This document shows positions 24,274 through 36,815 of a DNA stretch of 64,000 nt, piece after piece. Location of the stretch: the NCBI RefSeq assembly GCF_040938485.1, contig NW_027271433.1, positions 1,488,001 through 1,552,000 on the forward strand, read 5' to 3'. The stretch comes from Diadema antillarum. Its lineage: Eukaryota. The position numbers and the translations under genes were made by a program. Position 1 is the stretch's first letter; the number at the start of each line of letters is the position of its first letter. Under the pieces are notes generated by a model, which was given only the letters and a program-made list of their open reading frames with translations, was not told where the DNA came from and ran no database searches.

Positions 24274-27200
24274 ATGGCTGATGAGTGGAAATTGAAGAGA
24301 TTACTCACGGTACATACGCTGAAGGATCAGACGGAGGTGAAACAGCTTTACGATGAGTCTGCCTGTTACTATGATGAGGTAATCTACTAGCTGGACATTG
24401 GCTCTTTGCAAATGATATGTCGGGTACATTTTACGAGAAGTTGGAAGATTTTAGTGCATTTTATCCATGTTCTGCACACTACATGTATTTAAATTATGCC
24501 ATGTTATGTAGGCCTAATTCTGAATCTCTGATCAGAGATTCCGGGGCTTGCGTACACAAGTTTCGATAGTGAGATTTTGCCAAGCACGCCCTATCGACAA
24601 TTTCCAGGCATTTCACCATATATAAAGCGTTTGATTTGTACTGTATGATAAGTCCACCGCGCATCACCTTCACAAGTTGAGCTCTATCACATGTGACAAT
24701 ATACATTCCTATTGTAAAAGTGGTTCAAATGTTCTATCAGAATTGTGTCTGTGTTATCTTTGTATGTTTTACAAGCAAGCATAGCTCACTCACAATATCA
24801 GAATTTTGGTCTTCCACAGCCTAAAAATAGTTTAACCAATAATAGCAATACACCATGAAACATAGACCATTATTTTTGTCACCAAAACCAGAGTAAAATA
24901 GTAAATCTACGTACATGTTACCTGCATATAGAATATATGCAATTATGTAGGCCTTTTGGGGATAAAGATGTGATAATGCGTTACAAATAGGTCTATTGAT
25001 ATTGCCAAAAGTGAGTCATTTTCCTACATTTAATTAGGAAACCCATCCGAATTCTATGGAATGAGAAAAAATCCCTACAGAACGTTTAAAAAATGACCAA
25101 AAATCGGATAGGAAATGAGGAAGACATTTTGAAATTTCACAATTTTTTTTTCAGAAAGCATCTATTGACCGACCAGTCCTTATGAATATTGAAATGAGCA
25201 AGTTGGTGATTTCATACTGTACCCTCACAATTTTTCATGAATGAAATATACGAAATTCAAAAAAAAAAAATTATTATTAGCTAATAAGGTAAAGCATATT
25301 CCCTTACCGAAATATATCAGAGTTATTTTGCTCTTTTTATTTTGGGTGGTTATAAGGCAAGTTTTGAATTTATACAGCTGAAATACATTGATTTTTGTCA
25401 TCTCTGTATGAAATGAGTAAGAAATTGTAAGAGCATGACATCATGAACTTGCTGATTTGAATCATTAGCGTAACGACTGGTCAAGTGTTTTCCGAAAATT
25501 TAGAAATTTTAACATTGTCATAACTGCCTTATATCTTGTCCGATTTTGATCATTTTTGCACTGTTCTGCAGGGAATTTTTTTCTGTCCAATAAAATTGAA
25601 AAAAAAATTGAAGCGAATTTCTTCTTTAAAGTGGAGTATTCTGTGCGATGATTTTTAAGTACATTACGTTTCATTTGAATTTCATTTTTTATTTTTATGT
25701 TGCGGATCACAACTCACCTATGCAGGTTGCACTCTCTATAGACTATGTAGGATCTGCCTTCACAGCGGAAGTAGTAGCCAAGATGGAACCCAACCAGGAT
25801 GCACGGATACTCGACGTGGGTTGTGGCACCGGACTTGTGGGAGATGGGGTATGAAAATTTATCCCACTTTTACGCACACTGGTTGTTTTAATTACCTTTT
25901 CCTGACCATGCAACTCTCCACATAAGTAAATCTCTGATTTATATAATGAAAACACCACCACTAGATTGAGAGTTCATGATATAATTAAGCCAACAGAAGA
26001 ATTACATGTTCTTAAAGATCAGGAGAAAGCTAACAAAAAATACGCAGTGCACAGATTTACATTGTTCTCATGAAGCTGTAATAGCATACCATAATACACT
26101 TAATGTTTTGCCATGATAAGTTGTCGTCCATGTCATCTCCTAGCAAATAAGTAGAATGTACCTGTTCTATCATTCTATCATGTATGTTTGTATGATGATA
26201 TTCTTGTTTACTTCCACATGCCTACGTTAACGATTGTAAACTACGTTTTTGCTTTAAACATTATAATTTTTTTTAAAGCATTACACCATTTCAAAGCAGC
26301 AAATAAATTATTTTCAACCTCCTGTAAATCAATGTTGTTAGTTCCAGACGGAAAAATGAAATAAACTCAAATCATCCTCAAATAATAGAAAATTAAATAA
26401 TCTGTGGATTACGGCAAATCGTTGATGTGAATTAAGAGCAGAGTGTGTCCAAATTTTAATGATTCCTGTAGAACGCCACGTGTAATAGTCATTAAATTTT
26501 GTGCAGATTTACATTGCATTTCCATAACATACAAATACGTACATACTCGAGCTGGATTCTTTCCCGAGTATGTACGCCCATGATTTCTGTTATCATGACT
26601 ACTACTAAAACAGTTATCAATTCTGTACTTATTTACGTCGATGTAGGACAAATTGTCAATCAGTTGCAATGGAAGAAGGTAAGAATTTCATGAATTTGAA
26701 TACAAGTTGTAATCGGTTTGATAAACAACTGAGCATCTCTTTTAATGGTAAGTCACGTATGCCATAGTATTGTATTTCATATAGACAAGAGTCGACACAA
26801 GGCAACTATCTTCATACAACATAGACTCATCATATCATTTGCCATACAACCTCCCATGCTCTCACCATTCTTTTTTTTCCACACAATGATTTCCTGTGAC
26901 ATAGTGTTCAATCCAACCGTTTCCACCATCCGTGACTCAAGAGATTGACAGTGTGATATGGATGAATCGATTATGTTGTGCAACTACTGTAATCTATGAC
27001 ACCGTTTTTTCCGAAGCACTTGCAGCTTATGATTATTTCTTGCAATATCTTTTTGTTGTAAGATTAATTAGCATTAATTAACAATGTACACTCAAACAAT
27101 CGTACATGTACAGTCTCTCTTCCAGTATGGTGCACAATTTGTCTCGATATTCACAGATCGTCATTTTCTCTCCTTTGATATACAGCTGCACAAGGCAGGC

Positions 27201-28467
27201 TACAGGAATCTCTATGGTGTAGATCTATCAGCTGGACTCCTTGATGTCCTACGAAAGAAGGGAACATACTGTGACCTAACAGAAGCCAGCTTTGGTCCTC
27301 TTAACTCTCTCAATTTCACAGATGGTAAGTGATACCAACTTGACTGGATAATCAAAGTGAAATGCTGCTTATTTTAACTGTTCTTTACGGGAACCTGGTG
27401 GTACGTGTATCAACTTTGTGAGGATTTTAGAATTCAGTATGGAACGGGTTTAACTGCATCCCACTATAAGACCCCCCCCCTCCTCCCACGGGGGTTCTTT
27501 AGTACTCTCTTGAATTTTGTGTCTGTTTCGCTCATGTGTTTGTTTGTTTGTTTTAGTGAAGGAAGATATTTTAAGTCAAAGTATTGTTGTGTCCAACACG
27601 CTTGCCTATAGGTAGGCCTATGTGGAGATATAAGCCTCTTTCTTAACGTTATGTATCAGGACATTTCGTGTTCACACTGTAACGCCTTTTCATGGACTGG
27701 ACAGGTTACTTTGATGTAGCGATGAGCAGCGGTTCTTTTCTTCCAACACATCTCAATGAGAAGTGCCTTCCAGAAATGATACGCCTCGTCAAGTCAGGTA
27801 AAATAATGATTGCCATTATTATTTCTTTGTATTTGATATTCCGGCAATACGGAATTAAGGAAACATATCAATCAATTTCTTATCTTAACTTAGCTACCCG
27901 ATCGTCATGATCAGGCCACCGAAGTTTTGTTTTTTTTTTGTTTTTGTTTTTTTTTTTGTTTTAATTAAATTTGGTGGACCGACATATTATTTTAATAGTG
28001 GCCCAGGACCACCAGCCCGCTGTCAGCGTTGAGCCCTGTTAAATATTTCAGTCTCAGCTTATTTCCTGCAGTAGGTTTGCTCCATTTGCTTTTCTCCATT
28101 AATGTAGGTCGTAAGCCGTTTTGTACGCAAAATACCTGAAATATTCAGTTTCCATGAAACCCTTCTTAAATTCAAAATCGATCTCCCGTGCCCAAAAGTT
28201 TAGTCTTATACCACCTAGCTCTAATATTGAGGAGCTGGTCTTTCTCAATGCTGATGTTTTACCATTGCAGGTGGGTTTATCGTCATCACGACCCGGAAGT
28301 ACATCTTTGATGGGGAGACGGGTGACATGAAACTGAAGCCAGGGCTCGCTAAGCTCGTTGAGGACGGACTCATTGAGAAAGTGCGGCACGAAGAGTCGTT
28401 GTACTTTAAAGATCCTGCTCGTGATAATCACGTAATAGGCATAACCCTTGTATACAAGGTATTGTAG
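24274..28467 (+). CDS. METTL27: METTL27/WBSCR27-like SAM methyltransferase, copy 2 (MT2), 218 aa, 5 coding exons
   Basis: Exons 24274-24378, 25726-25848, 27186-27324, 27705-27797, 28271-28467. GT-AG introns with the same phases as MT1; 657 nt open. Motifs ILDVGCGTGLVG and YGVDLS are intact. N-terminus MADEWKLKRLLTVHTLKDQTEVKQLYDESACYYDE; C-terminus SLYFKDPARDNHVIGITLVYKVL. AATAAA at 28498-28503. Confidence 0.9.
25034..25625. mobile_element. TTAA-flanked MITE specific to MT2 intron 1
   Basis: TTAA at 25030-33 and 25626-29. The flanks rejoin to match the uninterrupted MT1 intron 1 (GAGTCATTTTCC..TATTTGAAGTG). TIRs are degenerate. Confidence 0.6.
26538..26670. mobile_element. Internally deleted relative of the 22605-22913 element, in MT2 intron 2
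   Basis: Contains CGAGTATGTACGCCCATGATTT...CTTATTTACGTCGATG..CAAATTGTCAATCAGTTGCAAT and an 11-bp inverted repeat GTACATACTCG/CGAGTATGTAC (26539-49 and 26565-75). Confidence 0.65.
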
Positions 28468-28614
28468 TGCCATATCACATAAGGTGTACTCATCAGTAAT
28501 AAACCTTTGATTTTACCTTCTTGGTGTGACAGGAACCAGAAAACACTCGGGAAAATTTTACTGATGGATAAAATGTATTCCACATTCGAGTCAACCATAC
28601 TGAGTAGAGTCAAA

Positions 28615-31600
28615 TTTTTTGACAGTTTTGCAGGATTTAGTACAAAATCCCATGATATCTATTAAAGATACATTTCTGATGGGCGATTTTAATATCGATC
28701 TCATGAAATGTAACTCCCAAAACAGTTCAAAAGAATTTATAGAAACATTAATGTCTGCTTCGTTTTTACCATTAATTTCCAAGCCTACCCGTGTCACCAG
28801 CCAATCGGCTACCCTCATAGACAACATTTTTTGTAATGTTCTTCCACTTCCTGAGTCTGGTATCGTCCTCTCAGACATCACTGACCATTTTCCTATATTT
28901 GCTCAGGTTCCAATTAAACTGAATAAACAAAATAATTATTATAAGCGTCGTAAGATTACTGCAGATAATCTTACAAGTCTCCAAAACAGTTTAAAAGAAC
29001 TCGATTGGTCTTCTGTATACAACACTACCGATGTCAATTTGTCTTATGATTATTTCATATCTACTCTTACCTCCGAAATCGATAACCATATTCCCCTGCG
29101 TAACATAAAAAATAGATATAAGCAAATTCCAAGACTCCCGTGGATAACCCAGTCTATATTACGATCTATAAATAGGAAAAATAATTTGTTTTATAAATAT
29201 AGATGTAATCCCACTGAAAAAAATAAGAAAAAATATGTTTCATACAAAAACACACTCACCAAATTATTGCGTATGCAGAAGAAACTTTTTTATGTTAATC
29301 AGATAAGCAAATATAAAAATGACATTAAAAACACATGGAAAACATTAAAGAATGCTATGAATACACCTAACAATTCATCTAATATTTCTGAAGTTCGGTG
29401 GGGCAATGCCTCCAGCAACACTCCCGCTGGCATGGCTGAAATTTTTAATGACTTCTTTTCTTCAATTGGAAAAAATCTTTCTCAAAATATTCCTCTTTCT
29501 AGTAAATCTTTTAGTGATTTTTTAGATACACCTAACTCTAAAACTATATTTTTTGACCCAACATATAAAGAAGAAATAATAAAGATTGTTGCCAATTTGA
29601 AAGAAGGTAAAAGTCCTGGCCATGACGGAATTGACAACCATTTGATAAAAAACATAATTCCTCAAATAGTGGATCCCTTAGTACATATTATCAACTCATC
29701 GCTTGCAACTGGCCATGTGCCAAATAGCATGAAAATTGCGAAAGTAATTCCTATTTATAAGAAAGGGGAGAAGGATGATGTCAATAACTATAGACCCATA
29801 TCTTTATTATCTTCTATTTCTAAGATTCTTGAAAGAATAGTTTACATCAGGACAGTACGTTTTCTTAAAACCTGCGACATATTTTCAAACTTTCAATTTG
29901 GATTCAGGGAAAATCACAGCACAACACACGCACTACTTGCCCTCATCGACAAAGTCACACACGCACTCGACACACTTTCACACACAATAGGTATCTTCTT
30001 GGACTTCTCCAAGGCCTTTGACACGATTAACCACGGAATACTTCTCGCCAAACTGTCTCATTATGGAATACGTGGAAAGGCCTTGGAGTGGTTCACGAGT
30101 TACCTATCAGAAAGATCCCAATTTGTACATGTCAACGGCTTTGACTCTCAAAGTAAAACAATTGCATGTGGTGTTCCACAAGGGAGTTTATTAGGCCCAT
30201 TGTTATTCATTATTTATATTAATGATTTTCATAGATCCTCGGAGAAACTATCATTCGTATTATTCGCGGATGACTCTAATCTTTTTTTTTCCCACCCTGA
30301 CCCAAATATCTTAATAAGAACAGTCAATGAAGAATTGATAAAGGTTATACAATGGATATACGCAAACAAATTGTCATTAAATATTCAAAAAACAAAAGTT
30401 ATGCTTTTTAGTAATTCTTTAGATAGCCTCCCAGGCAATATAACATTTGATACTACTCCCTTAGAAGAAGTTTCTTCTTTTAAATTTCTTGGTGTTTGCG
30501 TTGATAACAAGCTTTCATGGAGGAATCATATTGATAACATATGTAAAATTATTTCACGTAACATTGGCGTAATGAATAGATTGAAATATTATCTTCCTTC
30601 ATCTGCATTATTAACTCTTTATTCTAGTTTGATACTCCCTTATTTAAACTACGGGATTCTTGCTTGGGGTAATACATATCAGATGTTACTTGATAAACTT
30701 CTTTTATTGCAAAAGAAAGCGCTTAGAATTGTTTTTAATTTACATACCCGAGAACATACAGATGCCTTGTTTTCTGACCATAAAATATTAAAAGTAAATG
30801 ATTTGTATGTGTTTCAACTTGGTCAGTTTATGTTTAATTACAATAGTACCTTTTTACCTAAAATATTCCACGATTTATTTCATCGAAACAGTCATGTTCA
30901 TAACTATCCCACGCGACGATCCGACGAATTCCATCTTCCGTTAATGAGAACCGCACATGCCCAAAATACATTTCTTTATACCGGACCCAGACTTTGGAAT
31001 AATTTAGATAATAGTTTAAAAGATTCCCCCAGATTTGTCACATTTAAATATAAACTCAGAAAACATTTACTTTCTACTTATAATCTTAGATAATTTAAAT
31101 TGCTATAATTTATGTTTGAGCTTTCACCTGTCCTGATGTCGCAGCACTTGGCGTGTTCTGTGTGCAGACCTCTCTTCTTTCTTCTCTCCTTTTCCTTTCC
31201 CGTCTATTGTTCTTCGTAGACTTGTATATTGTTACCGTCTTCTCTCCTCTCGGTACTGTTTCGCGTCCAACAGTGTATATGCGTGTGGGTAATTGAATGT
31301 GTGTACGAATGTATTGTCCTTGTCATATTTCCCCGGTACACGTGGTTCAATGAACAGTGTCCGGGCACTATAGCATTGGTATTCTATATTTTTTTCCCGA
31401 CCTGTGTATCTCAAAATAACTACATGTATATTGTTATAGAATAGTATATCATTCACTCATTATTTATCTAGCGATCCACGTCCGACAAGCTTTGCTTTTT
31501 AGTGGATCACTATTTTCCATGATCGAATTTATTTTCCGCTCGCCCACGTAGTATTTGTACAGTGTTCCTCTTTATTATTGTACATATATGTTGTTCTATA

Positions 31601-31732
31601 ATTTGTCTCGTATATTACATGAATCTTTTGCAAGCGTTTGAACAATATCATTTAATGACATGTATACATTGTACTATGTTTTTGATTTTCGTTGATTGGA
31701 AATAAACTATGATTGAATTGAATTGAATTGAA
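28615..31732 (+). mobile_element. CR1/L2-clade non-LTR retrotransposon, 5'-truncated, recent
   Basis: Open ORF2 remnant, about 630-nt 3' UTR, AATAAA at 31701-31706 and an (ATTGA)x4 tail ending about 31732. The flanks rejoin to AGAGTCAAATCAAGC, matching the empty paralogous site after MT3 (AGAGTCAAATCAAAC) and MT1 (AGCATCAAATCAAAC). Confidence 0.92.
28619..31093 (+). CDS. LINE ORF2 (C-terminal part of AP endonuclease + reverse transcriptase), 824 codons, no stops
   Basis: Endonuclease motifs GDFNIDL, PTRVT, TLIDNIF, SDITDHFPIF. RT motifs YRPISLL, QFGFR, FLDFSKAFDT, GVPQGSLLGPLLFIIYIND, LFADD, KFLGV. The listed start is not a real ATG because the element is truncated. Confidence 0.93.
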   Translation: MTVLQDLVQNPMISIKDTFLMGDFNIDLMKCNSQNSSKEFIETLMSASFLPLISKPTRVTSQSATLIDNIFCNVLPLPESGIVLSDITDHFPIFAQVPIKLNKQNNYYKRRKITADNLTSLQNSLKELDWSSVYNTTDVNLSYDYFISTLTSEIDNHIPLRNIKNRYKQIPRLPWITQSILRSINRKNNLFYKYRCNPTEKNKKKYVSYKNTLTKLLRMQKKLFYVNQISKYKNDIKNTWKTLKNAMNTPNNSSNISEVRWGNASSNTPAGMAEIFNDFFSSIGKNLSQNIPLSSKSFSDFLDTPNSKTIFFDPTYKEEIIKIVANLKEGKSPGHDGIDNHLIKNIIPQIVDPLVHIINSSLATGHVPNSMKIAKVIPIYKKGEKDDVNNYRPISLLSSISKILERIVYIRTVRFLKTCDIFSNFQFGFRENHSTTHALLALIDKVTHALDTLSHTIGIFLDFSKAFDTINHGILLAKLSHYGIRGKALEWFTSYLSERSQFVHVNGFDSQSKTIACGVPQGSLLGPLLFIIYINDFHRSSEKLSFVLFADDSNLFFSHPDPNILIRTVNEELIKVIQWIYANKLSLNIQKTKVMLFSNSLDSLPGNITFDTTPLEEVSSFKFLGVCVDNKLSWRNHIDNICKIISRNIGVMNRLKYYLPSSALLTLYSSLILPYLNYGILAWGNTYQMLLDKLLLLQKKALRIVFNLHTREHTDALFSDHKILKVNDLYVFQLGQFMFNYNSTFLPKIFHDLFHRNSHVHNYPTRRSDEFHLPLMRTAHAQNTFLYTGPRLWNNLDNSLKDSPRFVTFKYKLRKHLLSTYNLR

Positions 31733-34700
31733 AATCAAGCAAGCTACAGTTTCATCAAAAAGGAAGAGGAAAAGTGGAGATGGTATAAGTATAGTTCTTG
31801 ACACGTTTTCCATATCAAATTTTGTATTATGCAGAACGGATGATTTGACATCTCTCCAATCATTTTGTTGATAGCGCTGCAAAGTTGTAGTACATGTATA
31901 AATGATGATTAAGCTACTCGTAGCACCCCTACAAACTTTATCGTTGTAAAGTCAATAGGTCTCGAAATGAGATATACCTCTTCTTGAATATCTGAATACA
32001 TACATTGTAGTTAGGGGTTTATTTTTTCGTCTTTGGGCACAGGATCGCTGTTTTTGCAGTTGCTTAATTCAGATTCATTAAGTGTACATAACATTAGGAA
32101 GTTTGTCCATAATTATACAGACTGTACCTCCAGCCTACGTGTACTCAACGTGCACTCACATGTCCCATTGTCCCCTTGCGATATGAAAACTCGAATTCAT
32201 TATACAAATAATCGAAGGGCTTCTTCTGTTTTTCTTTTCATTAAAAAAAAAATATTCTCCATTATGAGATTTGTATTTATTTCAAGAATTCAGTTTATGA
32301 TATCCAAATAATGATAAAACAACATCATTGAGAGAAATGAATTGGTAGGGGCCTTCACGAGAAAATGTCAGTGGTGAAAGAAAGCATTTTAGATTCAAAT
32401 TGATGTCTAGAAACAATGTAACCGAGTGAAGCTCGGAGGGGACGACCCCTTTACAACATACCAACAAAACCCACTATGCTTGTGAATGTACCAAGAGTTC
32501 ATTTCATGGGATACCAGGGTCATATGACCCTGATTATTACGAATATATTATTAATCGTAAAGTAAATAAAGTCAAATAATTTGATTCCAAACTTTTGTGT
32601 ACTTTGTTCTGTGTTTAATAGGGCATTGTGATATAGATGGAAGACATTGGCGGATGAAGATATTTTAAGAGTTTTTATTGAATTTGACCTAGATTTTTTT
32701 TTTCTTGTTCCGAAGTTTGAAATAGCTATTGAGAACATGATCAATGATGAAGTTAAAGTTCCGGCAAAATATCTCCAGACGGCCGATTTTTAGCTAAATT
32801 AAACTTACATTCGAAAATTGCAATTTGGTGTGTGTAGGAACATAAGGAATATCATAGGGAAAAAAACCAGTCGTAATTTTAATTTTCTTTACCGGTGTTT
32901 GTATTAAAAAACCCAACACAACATGAATCATCAAAAGAATAAAGAAAAAAATCTTCGGAATTTTAAGAATCAGCATCACAACCTTCCACAGCATTTTATG
33001 ATGCGAATACACTTTACATGTAATTCGTATTACTGTACATGTATAATTTTTGCATCATGTACATGACAGATTTTGAAGACGGATTTTGTTCATGCACGAT
33101 CCTTGTGCGTTAATTGTTCAAATGTTGACGTAAGAAAATGATAAAAATTGAAAAAAAAAATCTTGGCAGTTGTATCTAAATTTGGTGTTGATGTTGTGTG
33201 TTTGTGTATGTGTGTGTGTGTGTGTCTGTGTGTGTGTGTGTGTGTGTGTGTTTAAAACAATGGCCTGTGAAGATATCAAATCGTACACTATTTCGTAGTA
33301 CAGTTTCGTTGTTACTATGGGCTTGACTTTGTCATTGTTGCTTGCGTAATGTCATTATGGATAAGATGTTGTTGTTGTTGTTGTTGTTGTAAAACGCTTG
33401 ATAAACAGGCATATTCACTCCATGGTGCGCAAAACTTTGAAAGAACTGCTGCCACAGGCATATCATCTACGACCTCATGCAGAGCCCAAACAAACTACAT
33501 GTATAATGAATATTTCTTGTTCTTGTTTGAGTAGTACAGTATCCCTTTTAAACAACATTTTTGTGTTACATTTTCAGAACAAGGTAATATGGTGTATCCG
33601 TGATTAGGCTCCGTAAACCTTCCATGATTTTTGCTTCCAAAACGTCATTCTACCGTATGTCAAAAAAAGAAAATAAAATAAAACGGGCCCCTCCTATCCG
33701 CAATGATAACTTTAAAAATAGTGAATCAATCCAAATATAATTTCAGGATATGAAACTATACACAGTATAACTTATTACCACATCTTACAGAAAACGCCAA
33801 CCGATTTGATTCAGTGGTCAAAGAGAAGTAACGAGTTTTGTAGAGCATCCCTTCCCTCCAAGTTCTGTCCATTGTGTTCACACATAATAAAGTTCCAAGA
33901 GCATCCTATATTGCTAAACTTGGCAGAATCAGACCCATCACATACTTTACAAAGATCTACATTTCTCTGTGATCACTAAACCAAATTCAATGGGGGTTTC
34001 TGCAAAATATAGCTAAGATGACCCCGAAGTAGCATTTAGACAGTTTAATCGTATTGGTAGTTTTCGACGCGGTCTATATCTATATTTCAGGATCTATATT
34101 TCACATTTTTGTCACGTCGGACCAGAGAAATATTATTGAAAAAACGAGATTACTGCTCTCGCCTACTCTCCTTCTCACATCTGAAAAGGTCGAGAAGGCG
34201 GGGCTGTCTCCTCATCTTCATAATACATTCCGAACGCGGAGACTCTAACTCTCACGCTTTCGGTGGGAAATCTCCCGCTTAAAGGCTATTTTCTCAAAAT
34301 TTTCTCGCTCTCATGCTTAAGTCTGAAGTTCTGTCGCTACATAGGCCTAGAGTCTAAATATCTCCTGCTGTAGTATTTAATGTGTAATTTTCTATGCCGC
34401 TTTAGATGCGTTTTCATTTAGCTCTCTCCCGCCCAATTTTAGTTTTGATCATACATGTATACGCATGGGACGTCGCGCTTCAGTCAAGCTCGTGATGTTC
34501 CGAGGGGCATGATAGTGATAAAATGTCCTATAAAGAGGCCAGAATGGATGCAATTGTACCGCACTGGGCAGCACATCTCCTAAACAGTGAATCACAGTGA
34601 AACGATTATCCATTCTGCTTGCCAAAGAAGTTCGTGACGTTGGCCGAGCACAACGTTGGACACGGGGAAGTATGCTCTATGTCCTCGACCTTGTAGTTTT

Positions 34701-35069
34701 ACCAATTTACTCGGAGTCGCCGTTTTATTTTAGGTAAGTCTGCACGCGTCTCCTTTTTCGTCTTGCCAAGGAGGTGCTATGGCTCGCCTAGTACCTCCTT
34801 TGGTCTTACCAACATGTATTACTTGTACTAGTACCAAGAATATCATACTGTGTATATCGCGATTCTAGTAGGCTTATAGGCCTATATACATAAAGTAATC
34901 TCCCATGTGTTTTCTTTCCTCTACAGCAACTCTCAGAACAGCAGGTCCGGGCAGCGCCGGGCTGGAATTATTATCGCAATCAAAATGGTACTGTATATAT
35001 AGCCCTGTTTAATTAGCGGCAAGAAGGGGCGTATCTGTACCCAATCGTTCAATTGATGGAGCAACTGTA

Positions 35070-35450
35070 GTTTTAGTCTCTTTGATCCCATGTTTAATGC
35101 CACCACTCAGAAATATTTGAAATACTGTAGGCCCTTATGTGCCAAACTGGAGCTGCCCCACGATAGGAAGACAATTGATTCATGTGTCTCTGCATCATGA
35201 CTATACATCCCACTGAGGAAGATGTGTCTTTATAATGGTAATTTCTGTTCGTCGTCCCTTCTCATAAAACGTGAGCGGGTACATGCACGTACAGACACGG
35301 GGATGTGCGAATGTGGGCAAATTCGATGAAATAAAAATCAAAATTACTGAACTTTACATGACTTTACACTAATCTAACATATAATAGATTGATCTTGAAG
35401 ATTATACTATATCAGTTCCATTTGTCGAAAGCGATCTGAAAGATTATGAA
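35070..35450 (+). repeat. Dispersed repeat of about 380 bp, copy A
   Basis: Colinear with 52170-52555; shared blocks include GATAGGAAGACAATTGATTCATGTG, ACAGACAC.GGGATGTGCGAA and TTTACACTAATCTAACATA. Confidence 0.75.
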
Positions 35451-35519
35451 AACGGCTTTCCAGTGAGGGTACAGTTTCAAATATTTCAACGACGTTATAC
35501 CATTGCATACAGGTCGGAT

Positions 35520-36648
35520 TTGATAATTGGGTCATTCAAATTCGCGCAAAGCGACAGCGCCATGAAGATTAAATAGTCATTATCAACTTCGCACTTTTGT
35601 CAAACAATTTATTGAGCATTTAGATAATTCAAATTAGAATGCCCATCGAATAACATTTAAATTCGTGAGAATGCGAGGGAGCATCTTTTCTAGCATTCTA
35701 ATTCGCACGTGAGCATTCAAGCTTTGGAGTATATAAGTTCATTCAATTTAGCAGTGAAGGGTTAGTGACCGGGCATCTGCGGAGGAAGACGACATAGCCA
35801 TAACAGAATTGCGAACACATTCCATACATCAGGTGGAAGGCGTATCAGTTGAATCTATCACTCCAGAGAACTAAAGACATGATACCCAGACCTATCTCCC
35901 CCTCAGGAAATAGACGGCTAATTCTACTGAGATTAACCTCTTAAATCAACATTGTAATCAATAATTACCTGGATGTGCATAGTACCCGTTCCAGGATGAA
36001 AGAAAGAAAGAGAGAGAGAGAGAGAGGAAAAAGAAAAGGAATAGGCCCTATGTACTTTTCCTAACAAGACGTAGGACATATATATGTAATGTATATCATA
36101 GGAAAACACGTCATATCACAACATACTGGAGTTCAGTAATGAAAGCTTTTGAGCATTCCTTGTAATGTGAGGGAAAATAATAATGCTGGATCGCTAGCGA
36201 TTTCATATAGGAGGTAACAATAAAAGAATGTCCATTTGCAAAAATGATTAATGAAAACGCATTTGTCACGATGAGTGCCGAAAGCATGAACATTAAATTT
36301 GATAAAAACACGTGATTATGTCCAAAATTATGCTATAAGACCAGATTACTATCGTGCTCTATTGCTCGATGTGTTTATACCAAGATTGCACCGAAACGAA
36401 TTTTTGAGTGTTGGAATAGCGGCTTTACGCAATCACCTCCTCGTCTCTCGCGAAATTGAATGATCGCTTCGCGAAGTTGGAGTACTTTCTACGAATTTGA
36501 ATGACAATATCTTAGATTTGATTGACATGAATACATATTCAACTGATCGAAAATGAATTTGAACGACAAACGACTAAAACATTGAAATTGAATGATCGCA
36601 ATATCAATTTGACTGACAAACTTTTGAAATGACCGCAAAAACCTACGT
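35520..36648. mobile_element. Degenerate relative of the 10669-11942 element, just upstream of MT3
   Basis: Contains TTCGCACTTTTGTCA near 35590, TTCAAATT/AATTGAATGA subterminal repeats, and a right end GAAATGACCGCAAAAACC|TA similar to GAAATTGGCCGAGAAAACC|TA. Left boundary is approximate. Confidence 0.5.
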
Positions 36649-36815
36649 CTAATGTAAATCTGATGTAAATCTGTGGATCAAATTCTGCAAAAATTAGATA
36701 TCTTCTTTTCAACAGTGAACAGAATTAGGCAACAGTCTCCCTTCATTCCTCATGCACATCTCACTGAGTCGAAACCCTTCGTTAATTTACAGAGAAAAAG
36801 CATCAAAGACTGACC

